Source: Octopus bimaculoides (lineage: Eukaryota). From it: DNA of 64,000 nt. Position 1 is the stretch's first letter; the number at the start of each line of letters is the position of its first letter. The DNA lies in the NCBI RefSeq assembly GCF_001194135.2, contig NC_068986.1:11189259-11253258 (forward strand). The letters are read 5' to 3'. Below the pieces are notes generated by a model. That model was not told where the DNA came from and did no database searches. It worked only from the letters and a program-made list of their open reading frames with translations. Shown here one piece after another: positions 13,615-26,127 of this stretch. The position numbers were made by a program, and so were the translations under genes.

Positions 13615-13928
13615 CCACAATCAAATCAAAATTGTAGTTGTGGCCTATGCCAGCACCGCCTGTCAGGCTCCCTGTGCTAGTGGCACGTAAAAGGACCATC
13701 CAAACATGGTTGATGCCAGCCCCACTTGGCCCCTGTGCTCGTAAAAAACACCCACTACACTCTCTCAGAGTGGTTGGCATTAGGAAGGGCTTCCAGCTGT
13801 AGAAACACTGCCAGATTAGATTGGAGCCTGGTGCAGCCTTCTGGCTTCCCAGACCCCAGTCGAACCGTCCAACCCATGCCAGCATGGAAGACAGATGTTA
13901 AAAGATGATGATGATGGTGATGATGATT
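13615..13928 (+). mobile_element. Family D retroposon
   Basis: Same conserved 3' block and (GAT)n tail. Confidence 0.85.
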
Positions 13929-14084
13929 AAACTTGGTACAACAAAATACTAAACAGTTTTATATTTCTTACTGCAATGAGTTGTCCCTACCTTGAGGGAC
14001 ATATTCATGGCTAAGTGGACTGTGCCGTTTAATCTTTTGCTAGTCCTTTCTGTAAAAAAACGAACCACCAAAAACTGTCTGTTG

Positions 14085-14780
14085 GTGAACACAATGAGTG
14101 TTCTGGTCGACCCAATTGATGGAACAGCCTGCTAGTGAAATTAATGTTCAAGTGACTGAGCACTCCACAGACACGTGTACCCTTGACATAGTTCTCGGGG
14201 AGATTCAGCATGACACAGAGTGTGACAAGGCTGGCCCTTTGAAATACTGATACAATTCATTTTTGCCAGCTGAGTGGAATGGAGAAACATTATTAACCAT
14301 CATGCCAACATCCACCTTGAGCTCCATGTCTCTAACACATGTGGTAATGCCTACAAAGTCAGAAAACAGCACAGCTCCCATGACTTTCAGAAACATTTTC
14401 TCACACTCGGAGTTGCTGAAGCATGGAACAAGCTTCCTGCATTAGTTGTTAGTTGCCAAAACATTGCATCCTTTAAAACATGCTTCCTGAAATTCGCCAA
14501 CACTACACCTGATATCCACCCAACTCCATACACATGCACACATGTACATCATGACTCATACACTGTTCCCTTCCTGACTTTTGTACCATAATTCTCTGTA
14601 CAGTACATGCACCTTTGATGAGTTGTAGTGCACCTGAGCACCAGACACAATAGTTTCATTATTATTATTATTTAACATGAAGTAAAATATCCTGCTCAAG
14701 AATACAATGCACTGCCGGGAGTTGAACTCACAATCTTACAATTAGGAGTTGAATATGCTAACCATTAAGCCACATACCTT
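14085..14780 (-). mobile_element. SINE family C interrupted by a CR1-like insertion
   Basis: The halves 14085-14290 and 14674-14780 join into one C copy. Confidence 0.8.
14291..14673 (+). mobile_element. CR1/L2-like LINE 3' end nested in a family-C SINE
   Basis: NAYKVRKQHSSHDFQKHFLTLGVAEAWNKLP matches the CR1-type C-terminus. (ATT)n tail, AACAT at both junctions (14286-14290 and 14674-14678). Confidence 0.85.
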
Positions 14781-14787
14781 TTTTTTC

Positions 14788-14789
<2 letters not shown>

Positions 14790-14822
<33 letters not shown>

Positions 14823-15065
14823 GTTTAACATCTGTTTTCCATGCTGGCATGGGTTGGACGGTTTGACTGGGGTCTGGAGAGCCAGCTGCTGCACCAGGCT
14901 CCAATCTGATCTGGTAATATTTCTACAGCTGGATGCACTTCCTAATGCCAACCACTCCGAGAGAGTGTAGTGGGTGCTTTTTATGTGCCACTAGCATGGG
15001 AACCAGTCAGGTGGCCCTGGCATCGATCACGTTCAGATGGTACTTTTTATGTGCCAGTGGCACAT
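14790..15065 (-). mobile_element. Family D retroposon
   Basis: Inverted copy with a (CAT)n tail on the + strand. Confidence 0.85.
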
Positions 15066-15130
15066 ACTATATAATGTACAGGATATTTGATATATGATAT
15101 ACAGGATATTTCCCTGCCATCCATGCATCA

Positions 15131-15358
15131 TACACGATGGGGTACTGAAAAAATTCCTGGCTTTGGGTAAAAGAAAATAAACAGGAAGATCAGTCAATTC
15201 TGATTTTATTCAACATAATCCCCTCTTGGATCCATATACTTATTGCAGTGGTCCTTCAGTTTTCCTAAGCCCTGTAAAAGAATTTGGGAGGTTGGGCCTC
15301 CAGCCAGGCCTTTCACGATGCCCTCAAAGCCAGGAACTTGTCAGTACCCACTCCTATA
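15131..15358. mobile_element. mariner-type MITE
   Basis: About 30-bp TIRs (gggtactga..a.ttcctggctttg / caaagccaggaac..tcagtaccc) with TA at both ends. Confidence 0.75.
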
Positions 15359-15809
15359 TAATACACAGTCTCAATTTCTGTCGATCACCGGGGGTCAGTT
15401 GTAATTAATGAAAGGAAAGCTTTATATTACACAGAATGTATGAGACAAGGGCTAACTAAAAGTTTGAAATCATGGACATTTAAGGCGAATTTATAAAAAT
15501 GCTTTGAATACGCAGAGGGTTAAGTCTCCCAATGCCATAATAATGACTAGCTCTGAACAGCCAACCTCCCAGTACAAGAGTGAGGAACGAGACAATCAAA
15601 TTAATGGACTGCAGGAGAAGTAATACTTAAATTTAACGATTTCAAATTTTAGCACAAGGTCAACAATCTCAGGGGAGGGGAGGACAAGTCAATTATATTG
15701 ACCCCAGTGCATGACCGGTACTTATTTTATCATAGTATGTCTCTCCCGGTGTGTAATTGTTACAGTTAGTTTTTTGTTAAAGGAATAACACAGAAAACAC
15801 TGTTATTTC

Positions 15810-16018
15810 TTTACTACCCACAAGGGGCTACACACAGAGGGGACAAACACGGATTAAGTTGATTATATTGACCTCAGTGCGTAACTGGTACTTATTTAAT
15901 CGACCCTGAAAGGATGAAAGGCAAAGTCGACCTCGGTGGAATTTGAACTCAGAACGTAGCGGCAGATGAAATACCGCTAAGCATTTTGCCCGGCGTGCTA
16001 ACGTTTCTGCCAGCTCGT
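15810..16018 (-). mobile_element. SINE family B
   Basis: Reverse complement of the 56243 copy. Confidence 0.85.
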
Positions 16019-16457
16019 ACTGTGTACAGTAATAAAATCTTGTGTTAATCGGTTGTGAGTGTTGTTAATTACTTCTACATGAAGCCTGAGAAAGACTTTC
16101 CATTCACCATCAGCTTCCACAACAGCCACAACAACCACAACAAACAACAACACCTTACAACAGTAGCAATGGAAAAAAACATAAAGAAGAGATTGTTTTC
16201 TTGTGAGTCAGAATCTGGAGCATGTCTGAAAGTGATGGAGTGCTCATCAACTGGGTGGTCCTTCTCTGGATGTCAGTGTCAATAGCAGCGGTACTTATGT
16301 CCTATATATAGGAGCAGTATGCCATTTTAGGCCTTACCCAAGCCTTGTAAAGTGTCAGCTGCAGCTGGGGCTGAAATATTTTCTGACACTAAAGAGAAGA
16401 GCCATGGTTTTAAACAACTTTAACAATAGAATTTCATTTCATTATGGTTGTCTAAAG

Positions 16458-16746
16458 CAGTGCTTCTCAAACTATCTGATGTGGCGTACCAGCAGTTTTT
16501 TTTTTTTTCCAATTTGCCAGGAACCAGTAATACTTCTTTGTAATATTAATTTATACTGGAAACAATATATATAATGAATATAATAAAAGTTGACAATTTT
16601 TTTTGTTTTATATTTATTTTGTAATAATACAATATTACATAAGCATTTTATAATGTTTCTTTCTTTTCTGGAAATTTGCTGCGCAGTGGCAGCTGATGGC
16701 TCCTGGACCGGCACTGGTCCACGGACCACTGCTTTGAGTAGCACAG
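16458..16746. mobile_element. hAT (Charlie-type) MITE
   Basis: TIRs cagtgcttctcaaa / tttgagtagcacag and a perfect 8-bp TSD gtctaaag (16450-16457, 16747-16754). Confidence 0.88.
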
Positions 16747-16782
16747 GTCTAAAGCATAACATGTATAACGCAATGTGAAGGC

Positions 16783-17100
16783 ATGTGGCTTAATGGTTAA
16801 GCTGTTCAACTCATAGTCATAAGGCCGTGAGTTCAATTCCAGGCGATGTGTTGAGCCCTTGAGCAAGACACTTTATATCATGTTGCTCCAGTCCTCTTAC
16901 TTGGCAAAAATGAGCTGTACCTGTAATTCAAGAGGGGCCAGCCTTGTCACATTCTGTGTCACACTGTATCTCCCTGAGAACTACGTAAATGGTGCGCATG
17001 TCTGTGGGTTACTCAGCCACATGCATGTTAATTTCACGAGCAGCCTATTCCATTGATTGGATCAATTGGAACCCTCATTGTCGTCATAACCAACAGAGAG
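16783..17100 (+). mobile_element. SINE family C
   Basis: Full head-to-tail copy with CORE-like ccttgagcaagacactt. Confidence 0.85.
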
Positions 17101-17626
17101 CTAGTTTCTCTTTTAATAGTGCAATAAAAAGAATAATAATAACAACAGTCAGGTAAGGTATTCATTTGACAACCGCCCATGTCTGTCTCCACACTATTAA
17201 CTTCAGAGAGACAAGTCATAAACAGATAAAGCAGAGAATTAGTGAAAACTATTGATAAAAACATTTGATAGGAATAAATGCACTTTTAGTAGATTTTAAA
17301 ATAGAAATGTTCCATTATCTCTTGGTGGGTGACTGAATACCAATTAGAGAACTTGTCTTCCTATTTCTTTGTTTTATAAATTACTCATGGCCAGCAATGT
17401 TGTGTAGCCTAGTGATGAGGGTGTGGCTCTCATGATTATAGGATTGTGATTTCAATTCCTGCCGTGGGTGGTGCATTGTGTTCTCTTGATCGAAACACTT
17501 CATTTCCCATTGCTTCAGTTTACTCAGCTGTCAATGAATTTCTGCAATAGCTGGGGAAGTTAGCCCTGTGATGGACTGGAATTCTGTTCCGGGGGAGTGC
17601 TGTAATCTCAGTCACATATACACCTT

Positions 17627-17864
17627 GGAAACTGGGTCAAGCTCTGGTGTTATGAGGTCTGGAAACTGGGTCAAGTCCTGGTGTTATGAGTTCTGGAAAC
17701 TAGGTCAAGCTCTGGCATTATGAGTTCTGGAAACTGGGTTAAGCTCTTGTGTTATGAGTTCTGGAAACTGGGTTAAGCTCTTGTGTTATGAGTTCTGGAA
17801 ACTGGGTCAAACTCTGGTGTTAAGAGGCCTGGAAACTGGGTCAAGCTCTGGTGTTGTGAGGTCT
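17627..17864 (+). repeat. 34-bp minisatellite, 7 copies
   Basis: Unit ggaaactgggtcaagctctggtgttatgagttct starts at 17627, 17661, 17695, 17729, 17763, 17797 and 17831. Confidence 0.95.
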
Positions 17865-18426
17865 GAGACTCATGACAGCTCTAAGTCCCACTCTGATGAG
17901 TTCCTTCAATATATGTTGGTCAATTCCTATAAGAAATAGATGGGTTGAAATAGAACTCCAGAGGGTTTCAATCATGTGGAAGAAGGATTGGAAGGAAGCA
18001 TTTCGTGTTGAATATGGAAGGTGGAGAGGCAAATGGAGCCCAAAGGAAGCATGTCTGGAAAATTCACCATAAACATTTTTGGAAAAACTTGCTGTAGGAA
18101 ATTTCACCCAAAAGGGGACACACAAGCAAACTGTAAACTAGGTAACTCATCTTAAAGAAATTACCTTTTGCTAATTGGTAGGTTAATTGAGAAAGTTACC
18201 ATTTTAAGGAAACAGTTAATCTATTTTTTTTTTGCAATTTATTTTTTTCACAACAAATTTTGCTATGGCAAAAATGCTTATAATCGAATGTTGAGAGTGT
18301 GTGGCTATTTCAGGAGAGTAGAAGCTGCTATGATAACAATAGAAGCAGTAAAGAGGTGGGTGGTTAGTTGGGGATCGGTGGATGAAGTTCATTGTTCAGA
18401 GAATGCTGAATGAGGTCTGTGGTGTT

Positions 18427-18429
<3 letters not shown>

Positions 18430-18458
<29 letters not shown>

Positions 18459-18755
18459 AGCGCGCATGTGTATGTGTGTGTGCATGTGCACGTGTATGTG
18501 TGTGCGTGCATGAGTATGTATGTGTATGCACATGCATGTGTGTGTGCATACATGCATGTGTGTGTGCATACATGCATGTGTGTGTGTACAAGTGTGCGTG
18601 CTTGTGTGTGTGCATGAGCACGTGTATGTGTGNNNNNNNNNNTGCGTGCTTGTGTGTGTGCATGAGCACGTGTATGTGTGTGTGCATGTGAATGTGCGTG
18701 TGTATGAACATGCATGTGTGTGTGCATGCATGCACGTGTGTGTGTGTGTGTGTGA
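18430..18755. repeat. Compound (TG)n/(CATG) microsatellite
   Basis: Source of the poly-VC/HT ORFs. Similar tracts at 19900-20090, 27205-27375, 32200-32510 and 56468-56512. Confidence 0.95.
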
Positions 18756-18877
18756 GTTGTACTACCTTACATATGTCAAATGTCAGTAGTATTTCAATGT
18801 GTTGGGGAGTGAGTGAAACTGGCAGAATCTCCCTAGATTATTGATTGTGGCTGGACATTAAAGGTCAGATATTAAAA

Positions 18878-19160
18878 GTGTGTGGCTTAGTGGTTAAGGG
18901 TTTTGGCTCACAATCATAAGGTCTTGAGTTTGATTGCTGTGGAGGCACATTGTGTCCTTGTGCAAGACACTTTATTTCACATTGCTCCAGTCCACTCAGC
19001 TGGTAAAAATGAATTGCATCTATGCCTAAATCTCATTGGGGACTATGTTAAGGGCATGTCTGTCCATGCAGTACTCAACCACTTGTATGTTAATTTCATG
19101 AGTGGGTGGTTCTGTTGATTGGATCAACTGGAACCTCCATCTCCGTAATCGATGGAGCGC
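18878..19160 (+). mobile_element. SINE family C
   Basis: Full head-to-tail copy. Confidence 0.8.
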
Positions 19161-19362
19161 CAGTTTAAAAGGACATGTGACCAATGATACAATGGTTCAA
19201 CCAGGAATCACATGTATATTGCACATGATTCTCCAAGAGTTTACAACCAATCAACAATGGCTGAATGACAATCCATGCTTCATCATAAGAGAGTGCCATT
19301 TATTTTGGATTGGCAAATAAATTCGTTTGTTTCTTTCCTATGTTTTACTTGTTTTTGTGTTT

Positions 19363-19742
19363 TTACTTATTTCATGACTGGGGCCATGCAGGGGGCACTA
19401 CCTTCAAGGGATTAGTCAAACATGAAGCCTGGTACTTACTCTATCGATTGCCTTTGCCGAACTTTTAAGTTATAGGAACATAAACACACCAACACTGGTT
19501 GTCAAGCAGTGGGGTGAGGTGGGAGCGACAAAAACAAATAAAAAGACACACACACACACACATACTCTTTCAAACATATACATGATGGGCTTCTTTCAGT
19601 TTCCATCTACCAAATCCACTCACAAGGCTTTGGGCAGCCCAAAGCTATAGTAGAAGACACATGCCCAAAGTGCCAAGCCGTAGGATTGAACCTGGAACCA
19701 TGTGGTTGGGAAGTAAGCTTATTACCACACAGCCACGCCTGC
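19363..19742 (-). mobile_element. SINE family A, near full length
   Basis: Reverse complement of the 28720 and 60680 copies. Confidence 0.85.
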
Positions 19743-19935
19743 GCCTATGAAAAAAAAAAAAAAATGAATGAATTCATCAGATAATCCATTAGATAAGGGA
19801 TTATTACTTCAGATAAGAGGCTCCAAAATATTGACAACGGGATGTCATAAAAGTGCAAAATAAAATGTCATTATGTACAATTTCTTGAGATTCTGCAAAT
19901 ATGTATGTGTGTGTGTGTGTATTTGTGTTTGTATG

Positions 19936-19970
<35 letters not shown>

Positions 19971-21439
19971 TTGTATGTATGTATGTATGTATGTATGTGT
20001 GTATGTATATATGTTTGTATGTATGCAGGTATGTATGTTTCTATATATGCATGCATTTATGTATGTATGTAGGTATGTGAATGTGTATGTTAAGGGTACA
20101 TGTGTCTGTGGAGTGTTCAGCCACTTGCATGTTAATTTCATGAGCAGGCTGTTCCGTTGATTGGATCAACTGGAATCCTTGTCATCGTAACTGACGGAGT
20201 GCTGCAATGATCTATCTATCTATCTATAAATAAAGAGAGAAATATACTATGATATAATTTATTTTAGCATTGGGTAAATTGTTTTGCAGCTTAATAAAGG
20301 TATATAAATAATTTATTTGATCATATTTGATTATAATTAATAGATTACTTATATGTCTGTATTAATATACTGAGTATGATGGGTAAGTTGTTGCCATTTT
20401 ATATTTTTAAATTTCGTGCATGTGCATTGTTTGTTTTTTGATTTTGTTGACTACACAGTATAGTTGGGGCAGTTGGGCACCATCTTTGAGAAAAACAGCA
20501 CCATGATGCCATTCACTCTGCCAGAAACGGACGTTAAATGATGATGATGATGATAGTACTATATATACTGTGTTTTGTAGAATCATCAATTAAGGAGCTT
20601 TTTTATGAGTACCACTGGATTAGTTATATCCATCCATATATTGGGGGGTTTTTTTCTACTCTAGGCACAAGGCCCGAAATTTTGAGGGAGGGGCCATGGA
20701 AGTTTATACCATGCTTTCACAATTCTGAGCATGGAAAAAAAAAATGTTTCCGAAAGTCATGGGTGCGGCATTGTTTTGTAATTTTATAAACGTCTAGGAA
20801 TGGTAAAGATATTGAATTCAAGACGGCGACTGAAGCTGTTGTTGGAACGTGGACGCTATCAAACTGCTTACTGGATCCTTAGCGAAGTACAAAGAGGAAG
20901 TGAAACAATTTTAGTTTGTCTATCAGAAGAACAAAAATAATTTTCCAAGGAGAGATTGGAAATGAATTTAATAATTGAAGTTTAGTGTTGCTAATAATGG
21001 GAATATGTGCATAATGGCAGCGAGATCCCTTATTGCGAAGTAATTTCACAGGCCTTTACATTCGTCATATTTTATATATGGCTATCAGTACTCGGATTTT
21101 GAGAACCATAGAAAAAGGTGGGGAAAAAAATTGCTTTACGATTATGTCCCTTGGAATGAAAGCAGGGAGTTATTTCCCCTGCGTCGATAACGCCATCGGA
21201 GAAATTTCCTTTTAACAAGGGAAAATACTTTCGCTAAAATTTGTGACACGCTTATCTCATATGAAGCAATATTAAGTTTTAACAATATGTCACACATTTT
21301 AGGAGACGGTTCACATGAATAAATCAATCCTTTGCTGGTAATTAATTTAGCGATCTCGGTAAGAACTAAATAAAATGGTTAACTCCTGCAGAAATTGAAC
21401 TCACAACAAAGCGTGTGATAAGGTGTTTTATGCACCAAG

Positions 21440-21670
21440 ATATTGCTAGCGGTCACTCAACCGATTCTGTCATCATCAACATCACAGAACGCAATTCATC
21501 CAACGGGCTCAAGACATAATCGATGATGTTCCTGGAAATTGAATGAGGGTCATGATCAAAGAACTTCGGGTGTCGGAGTGGACTATTAGAACCATGGTGC
21601 ACTCAGACATTCGATACAAGTCGTATGTAATGAGGAGAGGCCCGCTCGTATCTGGAAAAACACAGGCAGG
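21440..21670 (+). mobile_element. maT-like transposase N-terminal (HTH) fragment
   Basis: ELRVSEWTIRTMVHSDIRYKSYVMRRG resembles the DNA-binding region of maT/Tc1-like transposases. Confidence 0.65.
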
Positions 21671-22589
21671 CGGTTATTTAGCAAATGTTAAAAATACGTC
21701 GTCAATTATATGCTTATACTTACCTCTTATTATTAATATAAAACACAAACAAAATCTAAACAATTGTTTATTGAAATAGTAACAATAAATGCTATTATCT
21801 TGTGTGTGTGTGTGCACTTACATACACACACGTTTGTATATGTATTGTGTAATGAGCTTATTGTCTAAATTGCTCAGATACAGTACAACTCTGTGTGAGT
21901 CTGTTTTCTTGCAACACCACACATACAACAGATTGGTGACCCCCCTTGCGTTTTGTTTCCTCACAGCTCTTTTGAAGAATGCAATTTTGGATGAAATTTT
22001 GCAGAGTACATTTTTGAGAAAGTAGATTACAATTATGGAGATAACTGGGGAAAAAAATTGTGGGTCATCTCCAAACTTCATTTCCTCATAACTCTCTTTA
22101 AAATGCATATTCCCGATGACATTCAACAGAGATAGTTTTGCAAGAGTGCGGATTACGTGGTGTTGATGTTTCAAACATGTAAATCAGACCACCCCGCCCC
22201 GCAAAAAAAGCGGGGGTGAAGAAAAGAAAATGGAAAGTGCTAATTGCCCTCAAATTTTTTTTTCATTAATTTTATCAACATAGTTATTCTCTACACCCTC
22301 GAAAACTCATCTCTGCAAAACTATATTTCAACATTTGCAGTTTTCAGAAGAAGCAAAGTCTGTGGAGTACGGTCTATGTCGGGTGTTTGAAAAAATTGAA
22401 AATTATTTGTCGGCAATTCTAATACCACATATTTAGGTTTTGTTTTCATTTTAATGGAAAGGAAACATCAATGACATTATCTAGAGCTTTTGTCTAAGTC
22501 CAGTATTTCTGAAGTAGAAGTGACAGAAAGTTGTATTCCTTGTGTATTTTCTCGAGTGAATCTGCATTGCAAATCGAGTGAATAACTTC

Positions 22590-23390
22590 GATTGGACATC
22601 GAAACTATTTTTTGCCTTCTCATCAGTATGACCCTTGTCAGCCACTCACCAGTTTTCTATTCAAAGCTGTATATGGCTGTGGTACGTTCACACTTCATCT
22701 TCAGTCAGGAAGATTAACCTTATCCAGAATATTGATCTATTAGAAGCTATCCCAAGACATGTAACCAGATGAATCAGTCACCCTGTCTTGAACATCTTGC
22801 TTCTCAGAGCATTGACATTCTGAAGTTTCCACATCTACCAGATGACATAGTAGAATTCCACAAGATTATCCACCATCTTTCCAACATCATTTTGGCCACC
22901 TTTTCCCATTCAATACCTCTGCTAATCCTAAGCATGCTTATAAAAGCAAAAAAAAAAAGTGCAGCATGCATGAATTCCCCTAAGTGCAGGAATGAAATTT
23001 ATTTGGAGTTGGAGAGATGCAAACACAGTTTTTCAAGATGTTCAAAGCGTTTTCAATGCCCCTGCCCAATGTTAGGAGGTGTGCACTCCTCTGTTCCCGA
23101 GCCTACATGAATTTTGGAAGCATTTTTTCACATTCAGAATTGTCGAAGCATAGAGTAAACTATCCGCATCAAATGCTAGCTGTCAGATCATTGCATCTTT
23201 CTGATATTCCATCCTTCCCGAAATTCACCTGACGTACCACACGTTTTTCTTGGTGACTCCTTTTGTACTGTGCATGTACTTCTAGCTTTCATTGTTGTCT
23301 TTCTTTACTCGACTTATATATGGCTGCTTTCTGTCTCCTCTTTTCCGATCAGTTGTAGTGCACCAGAGCTTTGTATACAATATGCTTGTT
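22590..23390 (+). mobile_element. Older CR1/L2-like LINE 3' fragment
   Basis: Degenerate peptides (KLYMAVVRSH, IDLLEAIPRHVTR, FWKHFFTFRIVEA) and the same 3' motif gttgtagtgcacc as the copy at 14291. Confidence 0.7.
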
Positions 23391-24353
23391 TATTATCATA
23401 AAATCAAATACGTATTAACAAATGCCAGATAAAACGATCCAAGGTACATAACCTTGAATGAAAAATTTTCGAATTATCTCCCTTGGAACGCCTTTGTACT
23501 CGTAACGCTTTTCGTTTTTATTGTGTTTGCCGCATTCGTACACATTTCCTCAGTTTTAATTTAATTTTCAAAATAATCAAAATTTGTTCTGCTAGCCTTC
23601 TTTGATCACATTTGTTGCAATAAAACTGTCTTCCTTTGCCTTAATCTTCAGAATATTTTTGTAATCATACGCCGTGTCCTCCGAATTTTAATTTCCTAAA
23701 TCAAAAATAAGTACTTTTGTGCGTGTATTTTGACTAGAATATCTTCTTGCTTTGTGCTTTCATTTTTCAAAAAGATTTACAAGAATAAATTTTCACTATT
23801 ATTATGAATTCCTTAAGCGAATAACTTTCACGATTAACAAGCTGCTACTAGAATCATAATTCTTCATAATTTTTAACAAAAGTCAGTTATAGGAAATTTT
23901 ACAACTATGGTGATAGAAAAAAAAAATGATTCAAGTAAATAATGTCATTAATAATGTGATTAAAACAAATATTAATGCAAACGCAACTGAAACAGCATTA
24001 AATTCAAAATTGCTATCTACACCACTGAAAGGCATGATGCTGTGGCTTTTGTCTATGAGAAAATCTCTTCATGGACATGTTATGGTTTTTGAGTGAATAC
24101 CTCTTCATAGACACAGTGTGTTAAAAACACAGTGTGTATATCAGAGTGAGACAAATATTGTCTTAACAATGATTCACCAGATGCATTTTGGCTTACTTGG
24201 ACCTTGCGAATGCCATGTTCCTGTTTGTCACTTGCTTAACAATGCTATCATAACTGTATATTAATGCCTCACGCTTCGAGGGACTAAATAAGTCAAAAAC
24301 TACCAAAAGAATAAGCAACATATTTACTGAAAGCGAGGGAATGCTTAAAAACA

Positions 24354-24517
24354 TTTAACTCAACGGTAGACCACTGGCTTCTCAATCAAATACAGAAAAA
24401 ACTGTGAAGTAACCTGTATTCTTTTGTTCATCAGTACTGATGAACAAAAGAATACAGGTTACTTCACAGTTTTTTCTGTATTTGATTGAGAAGCCAGTGG
24501 TCTACCGTTGAGTTAAA
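24354..24517. repeat. Perfect 164-bp spacerless palindrome abutting an N gap
   Basis: Centre AGT|ACT at 24435/24436; 82-bp arms are exact reverse complements. Confidence 0.9.
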
Positions 24518-25594
24518 NNNNNNNNNNNNNNNNNNNNNNNNNNNNNNNNNNNNNNNNNNNNNNNNNNNNNNNNNNNNNNNNNNNNNNNNNNNNNNNNNNN
24601 NNNNNNNNNNNNNNNNNNNNNNNNNNNNNNNNNNNNNNNNNNNNNNNNNNNNNNNNNNNNNNNNNNNNNNNNNNNNNNNNNNNNNNNNNNNNNNNNNNNN
24701 NNNNNNNNNNNNNNNNNNNNNNNNNNNNNNNNNNNNNNNNNNNNNNNNNNNNNNNNNNNNNNNNNNNNNNNNNNNNNNNNNNNNNNNNNNNNNNNNNNNN
24801 NNNNNNNNNNNNNNNNNNNNNNNNNNNNNNNNNNNNNNNNNNNNNNNNNNNNNNNNNNNNNNNNNNNNNNNNNNNNNNNNNNNNNNNNNNNNNNNNNNNN
24901 NNNNNNNNNNNNNNNNNNNNNNNNNNNNNNNNNNNNNNNNNNNNNNNNNNNNNNNNNNNNNNNNNNNNNNNNNNNNNNNNNNNNNNNNNNNNNNNNNNNN
25001 NNNNNNNNNNNNNNNNNNNNNNNNNNNNNNNNNNNNNNNNNNNNNNNNNNNNNNNNNNNNNNNNNNNNNNNNNNNNNNNNNNNNNNNNNNNNNNNNNNNN
25101 NNNNNNNNNNNNNNNNNNNNNNNNNNNNNNNNNNNNNNNNNNNNNNNNNNNNNNNNNNNNNNNNNNNNNNNNNNNNNNNNNNNNNNNNNNNNNNNNNNNN
25201 NNNNNNNNNNNNNNNNNNNNNNNNNNNNNNNNNNNNNNNNNNNNNNNNNNNNNNNNNNNNNNNNNNNNNNNNNNNNNNNNNNNNNNNNNNNNNNNNNNNN
25301 NNNNNNNNNNNNNNNNNNNNNNNNNNNNNNNNNNNNNNNNNNNNNNNNNNNNNNNNNNNNNNNNNNNNNNNNNNNNNNNNNNNNNNNNNNNNNNNNNNNN
25401 NNNNNNNNNNNNNNNNNNNNNNNNNNNNNNNNNNNNNNNNNNNNNNNNNNNNNNNNNNNNNNNNNNNNNNNNNNNNNNNNNNNNNNNNNNNNNNNTGGTG
25501 TTGCCATCCGGTTTCACCAGTCCTCAGTCAAATCGTCCAACCCATGCTAGCATGGAAAGCGGACGTTAAACGATGATGATGATGATGATGATGA

Positions 25595-25633
<39 letters not shown>

Positions 25634-26127
25634 TAATAATAATAATAAATGGAGCAAAACACATATAAACAAAAGTTCCTTTAATTCCTACATATGTTTC
25701 AAAATACATGTGCCATCTACTCCAAAGAAATAAGAGGTGCTGGAATTGCACATATATTCCTCGTCAGGGAACCAACATACAAAAGCAAGACATATGCAAA
25801 ATGATATGGTTACGTACGAGTTATACTATTATATGGCTAAGTAAGTGACCGTTAGAAACAAGAACGCTGGTTTACATAGAGTTATTACGGGAGAAAGGCT
25901 GTAAACGCTATACTAAAGGTTTAAATTAAATAATTAAAATAGGGGAAGGCAAAATGGATCACAGTAAAATTAGTAAATAAAAGCTCGGGAGAAGTTGTAA
26001 GCTATAAGCTAAACAAGAGGTAGAGGAAGAGAGAGAATCCAAAGAATTCATTGTATATAATAATAACATACTGATTTGAAGTGAAGAATGTATTCTTCAC
26101 TTCAAATCAGTATGTTATTATTTTGTT

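Noticed and set aside
20799-20940. 46-codon ORF MVKILNSRRRLKLLLERG...
   Set aside because: No splice support or recognisable homology, and the length is expected by chance.
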